From a virus (lineage: Duplodnaviria; Heunggongvirae; Uroviricota; Caudoviricetes): 64,000 nt of DNA. The stretch is taken from positions 32,001-96,000 of the IMG/VR virus record IMGVR_UViG_3300029288_000055, one strand, 5' to 3'. Made by a program: the position numbers and the translations under genes. Shown here piece by piece: positions 1 through 8,031 of this stretch. The notes below the pieces were generated by a model, which was not told where the DNA came from, searched no databases, and saw only the letters and a list, made by a program, of their open reading frames with translations. The stretch's first letter is position 1, and every line of letters starts with the position of its first letter.

Positions 1-2
1 AT

Positions 3-1190
3 TTCCAATTCTTCATATGACATAAAATTCTTGCCACCAAACTTAACAACATTCCATTCAATACTCTGATCTTCACTTGTATCAATTAACGCAAGTATTT
101 CTTCATCAAGTGCAATAATATCTTCAATAAGTTGTGGGTTAGTACCAATTTTACTTAAATATTCTCTGAATATTTCGTGTTGAACGTTCTGGTCAGTTAT
201 GTTTTGTAAAGTAATGTTCTCATTAATATCAATTTTTTCGCTTTCAATGAATTCATTCTTATGTGAAATAACAATACCCTTATGTAAACTCTTAACATAT
301 TCGCTTAATTTTCTTTCAGCTTCTTTAACTCTTGTTTGTGGCAATGTACCCCAGATAAATCTTATTTTCATATATTTGGTTGGATTCGGTATTTCAAAAT
401 CCAAATCATCAAAATCTGTAAATTGAGTAATTCGAATATTCTTAAATGAGTATTCGCTTTCAATTGGAATCTCCTGAATTGATTTGTTTTCAATATCCCA
501 TAGTAAGTAGCCATGAAAATTATCGTCACCTTCTGTTACATCTTGTGCTATAAGTGAGCCACAATATGCTTTGGTTTGAGCTTTATCCAGATATTGAAAC
601 TTATGTATGTCACCAAAGAATGAATATTGACCCTTAAAATCACTAAGTTTGTAATATGATTTGCTTTTCATTTCAAAGTTTGTGGTTGATTTACAACCAT
701 TCACAGGGTCATGGAAAAGATCAATGAAAGTAAATTCAGGTGAGCCAGCAGGGTCAAGTTTTTTACCGTCCTTAGTTTTCCAAGGATTGTTTTTAGGGTC
801 ACCATGATGCCAAACCATCCACATTATATTATCGTCAGCAAAAAATCTTGTTTGATCATAATAAATAACCTTTGGGTTATCCAGCGTTTCTACAATTGCC
901 TTAACTGAATCAACTCTTTTAAGACTTTTCTTTCTGCAATCATGATTACCTCTGGTAATACGTACTGGTGCAATTTTACTCAAATCATTGAGTAATTTGT
1001 GTGCCATGATTAATTGTTCACCTTGTAGATCAAGATAATCGTGAACCAAGTCACCGACAATTACAATTCTATCGGGTTTTGTTTGTTGTAAAGATTTAAT
1101 TAAATTATCGAATACAATTTGATATTCTTCATTACGAGTGGGACTCTTACGGATATGAATATCGGCAATTTGGCATATGGTTTTAATCAT
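3..1190 (-). CDS. Mre11/SbcD-type nuclease fused in frame to the start of a Rad50/SbcC ATPase (3'-truncated by window edge)
   Basis: Not in ORF track; translated by hand from ATG at 1190: MIKTICQIADIHIR..IVIVGDLVHD..RGNHD..LFHDP..FGDIHK..YCGSL (calcineurin-like metallophosphoesterase motifs), continuing without a stop into ..EWNVVKFGGKNFMSYEELE, the typical first strands of SbcC/Rad50 (xxNFxSY). Confidence 0.85.
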   Translation of the reverse strand, partial: MIKTICQIADIHIRKSPTRNEEYQIVFDNLIKSLQQTKPDRIVIVGDLVHDYLDLQGEQLIMAHKLLNDLSKIAPVRITRGNHDCRKKSLKRVDSVKAIVETLDNPKVIYYDQTRFFADDNIMWMVWHHGDPKNNPWKTKDGKKLDPAGSPEFTFIDLFHDPVNGCKSTTNFEMKSKSYYKLSDFKGQYSFFGDIHKFQYLDKAQTKAYCGSLIAQDVTEGDDNFHGYLLWDIENKSIQEIPIESEYSFKNIRITQFTDFDDLDFEIPNPTKYMKIRFIWGTLPQTRVKEAERKLSEYVKSLHKGIVISHKNEFIESEKIDINENITLQNITDQNVQHEIFREYLSKIGTNPQLIEDIIALDEEILALIDTSEDQSIEWNVVKFGGKNFMSYEELE

Positions 1191-1205
1191 TAATAAAAAT
1201 TTTCA

Positions 1206-1236
1206 CAAATATATCAAAATGAACACTAAAAAGCAA
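1206..1236 (-). promoter_or_regulatory. Bacteroidota sigmaA-type promoter (-33 TTG / -7 TAnnTTTG)
   Basis: Minus strand reads TTG-N20-TATATTTG, 15 bp upstream of the ATG at 1190. Confidence 0.75.
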
Positions 1237-1250
1237 GGATTTTTTTAAAT

Positions 1251-1321
1251 TGTCAGAATGTCAAAAATTATTAAACTCAACTGTAAATTTGTCAGAAAAT
1301 TTATTTTGGCATAATTTTTTA
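1251..1321 (+). promoter_or_regulatory. Possible sigma54-like promoter with upstream TGTCA repeats in front of hsp20
   Basis: TGGCAT at 1307-1312 fits the -24 box but the -12 box is degenerate (TTTA); TGTCA at 1251, 1259 and 1290. Confidence 0.3.
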
Positions 1322-1364
1322 TGTATGTGTTTAAAAAATAACTTTATATTAAAATTTTAAAATT

Positions 1365-1775
1365 ATGTTACCAGTAAGACGCACAAAATCTTCACTTAAT
1401 TTATTTGACAATTTTTTTGATGAATTATTCGTGTTCCCAACTTGGGATTTTCCTTCAATTAGCAATCCGCTTCATGATATTGTTGAAAATGAAAAAGAAT
1501 ATGTTGTTGAAATGGCATTAGCAGGAGTAAAAAAGGAAGATATTTCATTAAATATTGAATACGATGTTTTAACAATCAAAGCAGAACGCAAAGAAGTTGA
1601 AGATAAAAATTTTAATAGAAAACAAACTTTCTATGGTAAGTATCAAAAATCATTTACACTTCCTGAAGCTACCGATAAAGAAAACATTCAGGCTTCGTTC
1701 GAAAATGGCATACTTAAAATTACAGTACCAAAAATTGAAGAAGTTAAAACAACAAAACAAATCAAAATTAAGTAA
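1365..1775 (+). CDS. Small heat-shock protein, Hsp20/alpha-crystallin family
   Basis: DIVENEKEYVVEMALAGVKKEDI..LTIKAER..YGKYQKSFTLP..IQASFENGILKITVPK. Confidence 0.95.
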   Translation: MLPVRRTKSSLNLFDNFFDELFVFPTWDFPSISNPLHDIVENEKEYVVEMALAGVKKEDISLNIEYDVLTIKAERKEVEDKNFNRKQTFYGKYQKSFTLPEATDKENIQASFENGILKITVPKIEEVKTTKQIKIK

Positions 1776-1805
1776 AATGAGGTCACAATTTGTGACCTCA
1801 TTTTT
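1774..1805. terminator. Bidirectional intrinsic terminator between convergent hsp20 and sigma genes
   Basis: AAAATGAGGTCACA-att-TGTGACCTCATTTTT perfect inverted repeat with A/T tails on both sides. Confidence 0.85.
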
Positions 1806-2472
1806 ATTCTAAAATGTCAGCATTTTGTTTCTTTAATTTGGTTTTAATATAATTTATTCTGTTGCTAACAGTACTACTGGTAAGATTAAATTCTTTACCG
1901 ATTTCACAATGGCTATATCCCTGCACATATTTCATATTTAACAAACTATAATCTGCTGGAGAAATTTGTGATGATATATAGTTTACTGCATTACAATTTT
2001 CAAATTCTGAACTATTACAAACAGTAAATGCTGCATTGTTTGTGGTCATTATTGTGCCACTTATTGCATTTGATATTGATGTGCTACCTGCTGCCCATGA
2101 AGTTGCTTCTCCACTAAACATTAAATTTTGCGCACTATTATTACTAATGCTTATACCACAATTATTAAATGTTGATGTAAATGTTATTAAATCTTTTCTG
2201 TATGTATCAATCATGAAGTGTTTTGCAATAACTAACGCCCATGTTTTAACGCTGCCTTTTTCTATATCAATTGTCTTAATATTTTCAAAGATTTTAATTA
2301 AAATCATTTGAACGCAATCATCGAGATCGTCTGGTTTTAATGTTGTAAATTTGCTTCTTAAAAAATCTTTAACTATTTTTTGATATTTCTTAAAAAATTG
2401 TTCCTCCGCTTGACGGTTTCCATTCAAAATATTTTGAATTAGTATCACGTCTTCCGTATCCTTTTCTATCAT
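1804..2472 (-). CDS. ECF-type sigma-70 family RNA polymerase sigma factor
   Basis: Region 2 (DDCVQMILIKIF..SVKTWALVIAKHFMIDTYRK) and region 4 HTH (GYSHCEIGKEFNLTSSTVSNRI); start moved to MIEKDTED at 2472, which resembles usual ECF N-termini. Confidence 0.85.
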   Translation of the reverse strand: MIEKDTEDVILIQNILNGNRQAEEQFFKKYQKIVKDFLRSKFTTLKPDDLDDCVQMILIKIFENIKTIDIEKGSVKTWALVIAKHFMIDTYRKDLITFTSTFNNCGISISNNSAQNLMFSGEATSWAAGSTSISNAISGTIMTTNNAAFTVCNSSEFENCNAVNYISSQISPADYSLLNMKYVQGYSHCEIGKEFNLTSSTVSNRINYIKTKLKKQNADILE

Positions 2473-3466
2473 AGGGTTTCTGTAACTTATTAATAAAGTA
2501 ATCATCGACAGTTAAACTCCTTGCACCATATAGACTTTTTATAACTTCATCAATACCAAATTTTTTTCTAAGATTATCCAAGTCATCTATTGTAGGCAAT
2601 TTAACTATCTTTACCCTTTCTTCGCATCCAACATAAATATTATGTAGCTTATAATAGAGTTCAATACTACTTTTATATGCGTCAGGGTCTAACAATACAA
2701 CCACGTCAGGTTTTAATTCATTCAATTTTGTAAATAATGTGGTCGATAGTGTTTTTCCCAACATTGGTATTATGTTAACAGGAAATGACAGCATTTCAAA
2801 CGCACCTTCAACAAGGTATACAGTAGAATCCCAATTTACAAGACCCTCATTAAAAATAATCTTATCCTTATCTGATCGTGGATTGTCATACTTCTTTTTT
2901 TTCTCAATTTTCGGGTCATAAGTTCTTCCCACAAAATAATTTACTTCACCTTTTGCATCATATGAAGGAATTATTATTCTTTTTTCATATTTTCCAGTAG
3001 TACAAAAACCGAGCCGATATTTTAAAATTATATCTCTCGATATTTTTCTATCATTAACCATATAGTTATATGCTTCAAAATGTTCCAAATTACCTGCTTC
3101 CATTTGTGAAAATAAAATCATTTCAATTGGTAATTTAACAGGAACATATTCTTTTTCATCTTCATCAAATTCATAATCAACAAAAGAACCTGCATATGAC
3201 TTATATATTTCATAATCTATATATGAACCAAATGTTTTGATCAATCTTCCTAATGAACCTGAAAATTGAGGTTCATCGCATTTCCAACACCTAAACATGC
3301 GCCTTGCAGTGTTGATTTCAAGATTGAATTTACCATCTGGTTCAGACAGACCTTCACGTTCCTGACAATGAGGACAGTTTACCTGCAACTGTTCGGATTG
3401 CATTGCACCTTGAACATCACCAAAAATATTCTGAAGTATTGCATGAAATTCCTGCCCTCTAATCAT
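2390..3466 (-). CDS. dnaG: DNA primase (zinc-binding domain + TOPRIM)
   Basis: CPHC..CWKC zinc finger, RIIIP..YFVGR, KYDNP, YLVEGAFE and LDPDA TOPRIM motifs. Confidence 0.9.
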   Translation of the reverse strand: MIRGQEFHAILQNIFGDVQGAMQSEQLQVNCPHCQEREGLSEPDGKFNLEINTARRMFRCWKCDEPQFSGSLGRLIKTFGSYIDYEIYKSYAGSFVDYEFDEDEKEYVPVKLPIEMILFSQMEAGNLEHFEAYNYMVNDRKISRDIILKYRLGFCTTGKYEKRIIIPSYDAKGEVNYFVGRTYDPKIEKKKKYDNPRSDKDKIIFNEGLVNWDSTVYLVEGAFEMLSFPVNIIPMLGKTLSTTLFTKLNELKPDVVVLLDPDAYKSSIELYYKLHNIYVGCEERVKIVKLPTIDDLDNLRKKFGIDEVIKSLYGARSLTVDDYFINKLQKPYDRKGYGRRDTNSKYFEWKPSSGGTIF

Positions 3467-3491
3467 AATGAACCATTTTTATATATCATTA

Positions 3492-3517
3492 AAGGTCCGC
3501 ATATATTTGCGGACCTT
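3492..3517. other. GC-rich stem-loop upstream of primase (terminator or 5'-UTR structure)
   Basis: AAGGTCCGCA-tatatt-TGCGGACCTT, 10-bp perfect stem, weak U-tract. Confidence 0.5.
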
Positions 3518-3548
3518 AATTATAACTTAATTTAGTTCAAATATATAA

Positions 3549-4115
3549 TTAAAATCGTTTATGTTGTTCCAAAAACGGGAAGAACATAATTAATCTGTTC
3601 ATAAATCCAATAGGGAAAATTATAAAGTTTGGTTGACCTGTCATTGGATTAGTGCCCATTGAAAGATATTGTGCTTGAAGTTCATTAAATAGTTGAACTA
3701 CTTTTATTTGCAATGCATCATCATTGGTAGTAACTGTTTCTTGAATACCGCCATTTTTTAATTGCTGATATTGAACAAAAATTTTCTTATAATCCTCATT
3801 GGCAAGTAATAATTCACTTTTAATTCTTTCATTTTCTTCAGATAATTTAGTGCATTGTTCTTCAAGCCATTCGGTACTTTTTGGTTCATCATCATCCACT
3901 TCAAGTAGCTCTTCTTTTTCACCTTCGGTTTTTGGTGTTAACACAACGCCATCTAACAATTCATCAACCTTTGCTTTTGTTTTAAGGTCTCTTTCTTCTT
4001 CTGGAGTAAGTACCTTTTCAGGTGTTATATCCTCTTTTTTTTCTTTTTTAACAACAGGTGCTTTTGGCTTTTTTTCAGCACTCTTTGCTAATTTTACTAA
4101 GTTGTCTTTTTTCAT
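3549..4115 (-). CDS. Hypothetical protein, charged/coiled-coil
   Basis: 188-aa ORF in operon orientation, heptad-like central segment. Confidence 0.7.
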   Translation of the reverse strand: MKKDNLVKLAKSAEKKPKAPVVKKEKKEDITPEKVLTPEEERDLKTKAKVDELLDGVVLTPKTEGEKEELLEVDDDEPKSTEWLEEQCTKLSEENERIKSELLLANEDYKKIFVQYQQLKNGGIQETVTTNDDALQIKVVQLFNELQAQYLSMGTNPMTGQPNFIIFPIGFMNRLIMFFPFLEQHKRF

Positions 4116-4116
4116 A

Positions 4117-5574
4117 TTATTGTATTATTAAATTTGCATTTAAATGAGCAATCATACCTGCTTCATCATTCCATATAAAACCTTCACCAGCTTTAAGTGC
4201 ACCAATAAAACCTTTTTTATGATGCCATTCTTCCGTACCAGTAAGACTTGAAAGATATCTTACTGTAACACCTAAGTCTTCATCTGTCATTTTTGATTTA
4301 TCAAGAGTAACAGAATATTTTACATCTCTTTTTCTGTGTATATGTCCAACATGCCATTCGTGATATGTTGTTTCGCTCCACATTGGTTTTGATTCAATAT
4401 CACTTGCCATTATTAATGGTAATGAACCTTCTTTTTCTTCACTACCGTGAGTAATACCAAGTAATACCTTACCAAATCTATAATATTTTCTTGGTGAAGC
4501 ACCATTATTAATCTTTACCTGTGTATCATGATTATACCATGCTTCAAGATATGAACCAAGATAGAAACTGCGTTCAAAATCATGATTACCCGGGATATTC
4601 ACCACATCAATTGGTACTCCTATTTGTTTCAATAAACTAATTGCATCAATAAGAAGTCTTACACCGACATTAAATGTTTTTTGCCAACGTAAGTCTTCAT
4701 CCTGCGGAGTTCCTTTTGTAGTTGTATTAAAAATAGTATCACTATTAAAGAAATCACTACCAATTGGAAATAAAATTCTGTTATATTGAAATCCACTTGC
4801 ATTTTTTATAAGTGTTTGAATACAATTTAAAAATCTCTGACGTGCAATTTTAGTATCATAATTTTCACCAGTTTCACCACCCCATGCAAGTTTGCCTAAA
4901 TGAAGATCAAATATTGTTACTTCAAATAAATTGTTATCATCATCAATACCACGTGTTTTGGGATAAGTTGCAAGCACAGGTGGTTTATAATTTTTACACA
5001 TATCAAGAAACAATTCACCAATTGCTTTTTCTTTAACAACAGTAAGTTTCTTTTCCAGACGTGCCTTAACCTGAAAGTTCTGAAAAGTTCTTGGTGTTTT
5101 ATCAATAACTGCAGTAACATCCCATTTATTTACCCAATATTGAGCAACATCCCAAAGTTCAGTATCAACTTCAGTTACTTTAAGTAATTCAGGAAGTGTT
5201 TTTATGTGATCAGTAGGATAATTTGAGCCACTTTTCCATTCAATAGTTGCTTCATTGCCTTTTTCACTATATTTCAAGTCTTCACCATTTGTTGATGGTG
5301 GAATATCATCAGGTTTTTTTGATTCGGTTATGGCATCATCTTCTTTTATTCCAAAACCTCTGTAATATGCATATAATTTATATGCTTCATCAAATAATAT
5401 GTATAGTTCTTTTTCGAGTTCACCATCTTCATAAAGTTCATACACCAGAGCTTTAATATTTTTTACGTAAGTATCAGCAAATCCACTTTTTTTAGATGCT
5501 TCTTTAACTGATATTTGATTTTTGATTGCATAATTAATAATTTCTACTGCTTTTTCAATTCGTTCTTTTCTCAT
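4117..5574 (-). CDS. Calcineurin-like metallophosphoesterase with N-terminal HTH-like extension
   Basis: FDLHLG, GSDFFNSD, PGNHD, THG, HVGHIH motifs. Confidence 0.85.
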   Translation of the reverse strand: MRKERIEKAVEIINYAIKNQISVKEASKKSGFADTYVKNIKALVYELYEDGELEKELYILFDEAYKLYAYYRGFGIKEDDAITESKKPDDIPPSTNGEDLKYSEKGNEATIEWKSGSNYPTDHIKTLPELLKVTEVDTELWDVAQYWVNKWDVTAVIDKTPRTFQNFQVKARLEKKLTVVKEKAIGELFLDMCKNYKPPVLATYPKTRGIDDDNNLFEVTIFDLHLGKLAWGGETGENYDTKIARQRFLNCIQTLIKNASGFQYNRILFPIGSDFFNSDTIFNTTTKGTPQDEDLRWQKTFNVGVRLLIDAISLLKQIGVPIDVVNIPGNHDFERSFYLGSYLEAWYNHDTQVKINNGASPRKYYRFGKVLLGITHGSEEKEGSLPLIMASDIESKPMWSETTYHEWHVGHIHRKRDVKYSVTLDKSKMTDEDLGVTVRYLSSLTGTEEWHHKKGFIGALKAGEGFIWNDEAGMIAHLNANLIIQ

Positions 5575-5610
5575 GCTAAATATTTTAGATAAAATTATTT
5601 AAATTTTCGT

Positions 5611-5641
5611 CAAACTTATAACAAAAATGTCATAAAGACAA
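5611..5641 (-). promoter_or_regulatory. Bacteroidota sigmaA-type promoter
   Basis: Minus strand TTG-N20-TAAGTTTG, 36 bp upstream of the start at 5574. Confidence 0.7.
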
Positions 5642-5645
5642 GACT

Positions 5646-5954
5646 TTATATAAATACATTATCATTTTTTTTAAGGAAATCAATAGTTTCTTCAATTTTT
5701 TGGCATTCTTGACGAAAACTGACTTCATTGCTTATTGACATATCAAACCATTCGCCTTCTTTACGAAGATGCGTATATCTTCTCTGTAAAGTTCTTTCAA
5801 TCTTTTCAGCAAATTTAGATTGATATGTTTCAATCAATTTTAATGGTGAAGGATTTCCAGTATTTAACTCTTTTATTCTTTTATTTGGGTGTTTAGATAC
5901 TCCTATTTTATAATAACCATCCTCCAGTGATTGTATTAAATAAACATACTTCAC
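5646..5954 (-). CDS. GIY-YIG superfamily protein, T5orf172/MUG113-like
   Basis: YVYLI..YYKIGVSKHPNKRIKELNTGNP..IERTLQ..GEWF. Confidence 0.85.
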   Translation of the reverse strand: MKYVYLIQSLEDGYYKIGVSKHPNKRIKELNTGNPSPLKLIETYQSKFAEKIERTLQRRYTHLRKEGEWFDMSISNEVSFRQECQKIEETIDFLKKNDNVFI

Positions 5955-5963
5955 TTTAAAATA

Positions 5964-6320
5964 TTATTTTGAATTTAACTGATTTATTTTACTGACACAG
6001 AATGCACGCACAAATTCGGCTTCTGGGTCTATTGAATTTGGCAATGTTGACGGGTCAAAGATTTTAAATCCAGTATATATTTCTTTACAAATAGTCAATA
6101 CTTCTTCTTCAGAGACATCAACCTCATTTGCAATTTTAACAATTACAGGTAGAACTATTGATTCTCTATAATCGTTAACATTTGTACTAATTGGCAATCC
6201 AATTAACCATTGAACACCAATATTCAAAGCATTAACAACCTTATCTTTTCGGTCTTCAAATGTAATACTTAATATTCCAATTGCTTCCCATTCTTCTTTA
6301 GTTTTAGTAAAATTTTTCAT
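5964..6320 (-). CDS. Hypothetical protein
   Basis: 118-aa ORF tightly packed in operon. Confidence 0.65.
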   Translation of the reverse strand: MKNFTKTKEEWEAIGILSITFEDRKDKVVNALNIGVQWLIGLPISTNVNDYRESIVLPVIVKIANEVDVSEEEVLTICKEIYTGFKIFDPSTLPNSIDPEAEFVRAFCVSKINQLNSK

Positions 6321-6338
6321 ATCTTCTTTTATCTATTT

Positions 6339-6968
6339 TTATTTTAATATACCCAATTGTTTTAATCCAGCAATTCCAACCGCATAACTATCAGACATAT
6401 CAAAACACATATCTTTTGGTTCATTTGAGTCTTTCTTATAAAACCATTCGATTTGGGGTTCTAATTTACAAACTTTTTCCCAAATATACAACTTTTTTTC
6501 TTTTTTATATTCATCTGGAAATGAAAGCGTTTCAACAATATCAATTTTACCAGTCTTTCTATTTTTTACTTTTGAAGTGTGAACCAGTTCTGTACAGAAT
6601 GATTTACGTGAATCATAAACACTGATTTTTTTTGGATATATATTAAATATTCTAAATAAAATATATCTACATATACCATTAAAGCCATATAATAATGAAA
6701 CAGTATTTGCATTATTACTACCACCTAAAGGTTCTTCCACAACAATGTAAAGAATTTCACCATTTAATTCATATCTGATACGTTCTTTATAGTCTTCAAC
6801 ATACTTTCTGAATATTTCTGCTTTATGCATATCACGATCTTCAACAGGTATATCTTTACCAAGTTTTAATTCAAGATGTTTTAATTCAATAAGTTTGCCT
6901 TTTTTATCCCATAAGGCACTGCCAATGTTGGTAGTACTAATATCCAACGACCAAATATATTTTTCCAT
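6339..6968 (-). CDS. RuvC-like Holliday junction resolvase (RNase H fold)
   Basis: WSLDISTTNIGSA, IVVEEP and C-terminal DMSDSYAVG acidic catalytic residues. Confidence 0.75.
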   Translation of the reverse strand: MEKYIWSLDISTTNIGSALWDKKGKLIELKHLELKLGKDIPVEDRDMHKAEIFRKYVEDYKERIRYELNGEILYIVVEEPLGGSNNANTVSLLYGFNGICRYILFRIFNIYPKKISVYDSRKSFCTELVHTSKVKNRKTGKIDIVETLSFPDEYKKEKKLYIWEKVCKLEPQIEWFYKKDSNEPKDMCFDMSDSYAVGIAGLKQLGILK

Positions 6969-6975
6969 AAAAATT

Positions 6976-7185
6976 TTATTCTACTTGCTTAAAAATTAAT
7001 TTTTCGTCTTTTGATTCTTCAATCATTACCTGAATTTTCTTTGGATTCTGAAGGTATAACCTGATTAAATCTTCAATAACACCACCAATTTTCATGCTTT
7101 TGCCTTTACATAGTATTTTGAATTGACTATGTAATTTACCATCAATTATAATTGATTTAGGCTTTGTTTCTTCATTACTTCCCAT
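6976..7185 (-). CDS. Small ribbon-helix-helix-like DNA-binding protein
   Basis: KSIIIDGKLHSQFKILC..MKIGGVIEDLIRLY beta-alpha-alpha pattern. Confidence 0.6.
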   Translation of the reverse strand: MGSNEETKPKSIIIDGKLHSQFKILCKGKSMKIGGVIEDLIRLYLQNPKKIQVMIEESKDEKLIFKQVE

Positions 7186-7273
7186 ATATATTATAAATTT
7201 TAAATCATCATGATTTATAATAAATACTAAGAATTTATAAAAAAATATAAAATTTTATGATTATTTTGGATAA

Positions 7274-8017
7274 TTAAAAATCTAATGCAAATAAAATAGT
7301 TCTGGTAAGGGTTGAATCTTTTATTATTGGGTCATTTAATTTACCAATAGCAACCAAATTTTTATTTGCATCATATATACCAATTTCAGTTATTGCAACA
7401 GATGATAATCCATCCCAAGTAAGATTTGTACTTGAATTAAATTCATTCATATCCAAATTAATTGAAAGATCAGTTGTATAGACATCAGCATGAATATCTG
7501 TTGTAATATTACCAAGAAAATATGTTTCATCACCAAAAGATAAATCATCATTAGCATATAAATCAACATCAACTGATTTAGGATAATTTAAATATGTTAA
7601 AGTATATGATGAATATGTGCCATAAAGATTTAATGGAATTCTAAAAACAGTACTTACTAATTCAGTAGCAGTTAATGGTACTCCTGAAACATGCCCTGTT
7701 ATTTGAGAAGTAACATCGACCATTTTCCAATTTGCAGGGTCTGCTTTAGTTGCTCCTGTTGTACTATTAAGTACTTTTTGAATTACTGCATATATTTTAT
7801 GTACAGTAAATCCAGTACCATTTGTAATATTATCACTTAAAAATTTAAAAGTAGTTGCACCAGAAAAATTAATTAATACTTCCTGAATGTTAATATTATC
7901 AGTCTCTATTTGCATAGATTTGATATAATTACAATGTATAGCTTGACCATAACCATAGCCAGTATTACCACTTGGTGCTAAAAAATATGTTGCAAATATT
8001 GTATAATTTTGTATCAT
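7274..8017 (-). CDS. Virion structural protein (baseplate/fibre-attachment-like)
   Basis: C-terminal ITEIGIYDANKNLVAIGKL..PIIK motif typical of tail-collar/baseplate fibre-attachment domains; baseplate gene context. Confidence 0.6.
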   Translation of the reverse strand: MIQNYTIFATYFLAPSGNTGYGYGQAIHCNYIKSMQIETDNINIQEVLINFSGATTFKFLSDNITNGTGFTVHKIYAVIQKVLNSTTGATKADPANWKMVDVTSQITGHVSGVPLTATELVSTVFRIPLNLYGTYSSYTLTYLNYPKSVDVDLYANDDLSFGDETYFLGNITTDIHADVYTTDLSINLDMNEFNSSTNLTWDGLSSVAITEIGIYDANKNLVAIGKLNDPIIKDSTLTRTILFALDF

Positions 8018-8031
8018 AATAATTTATTTAT

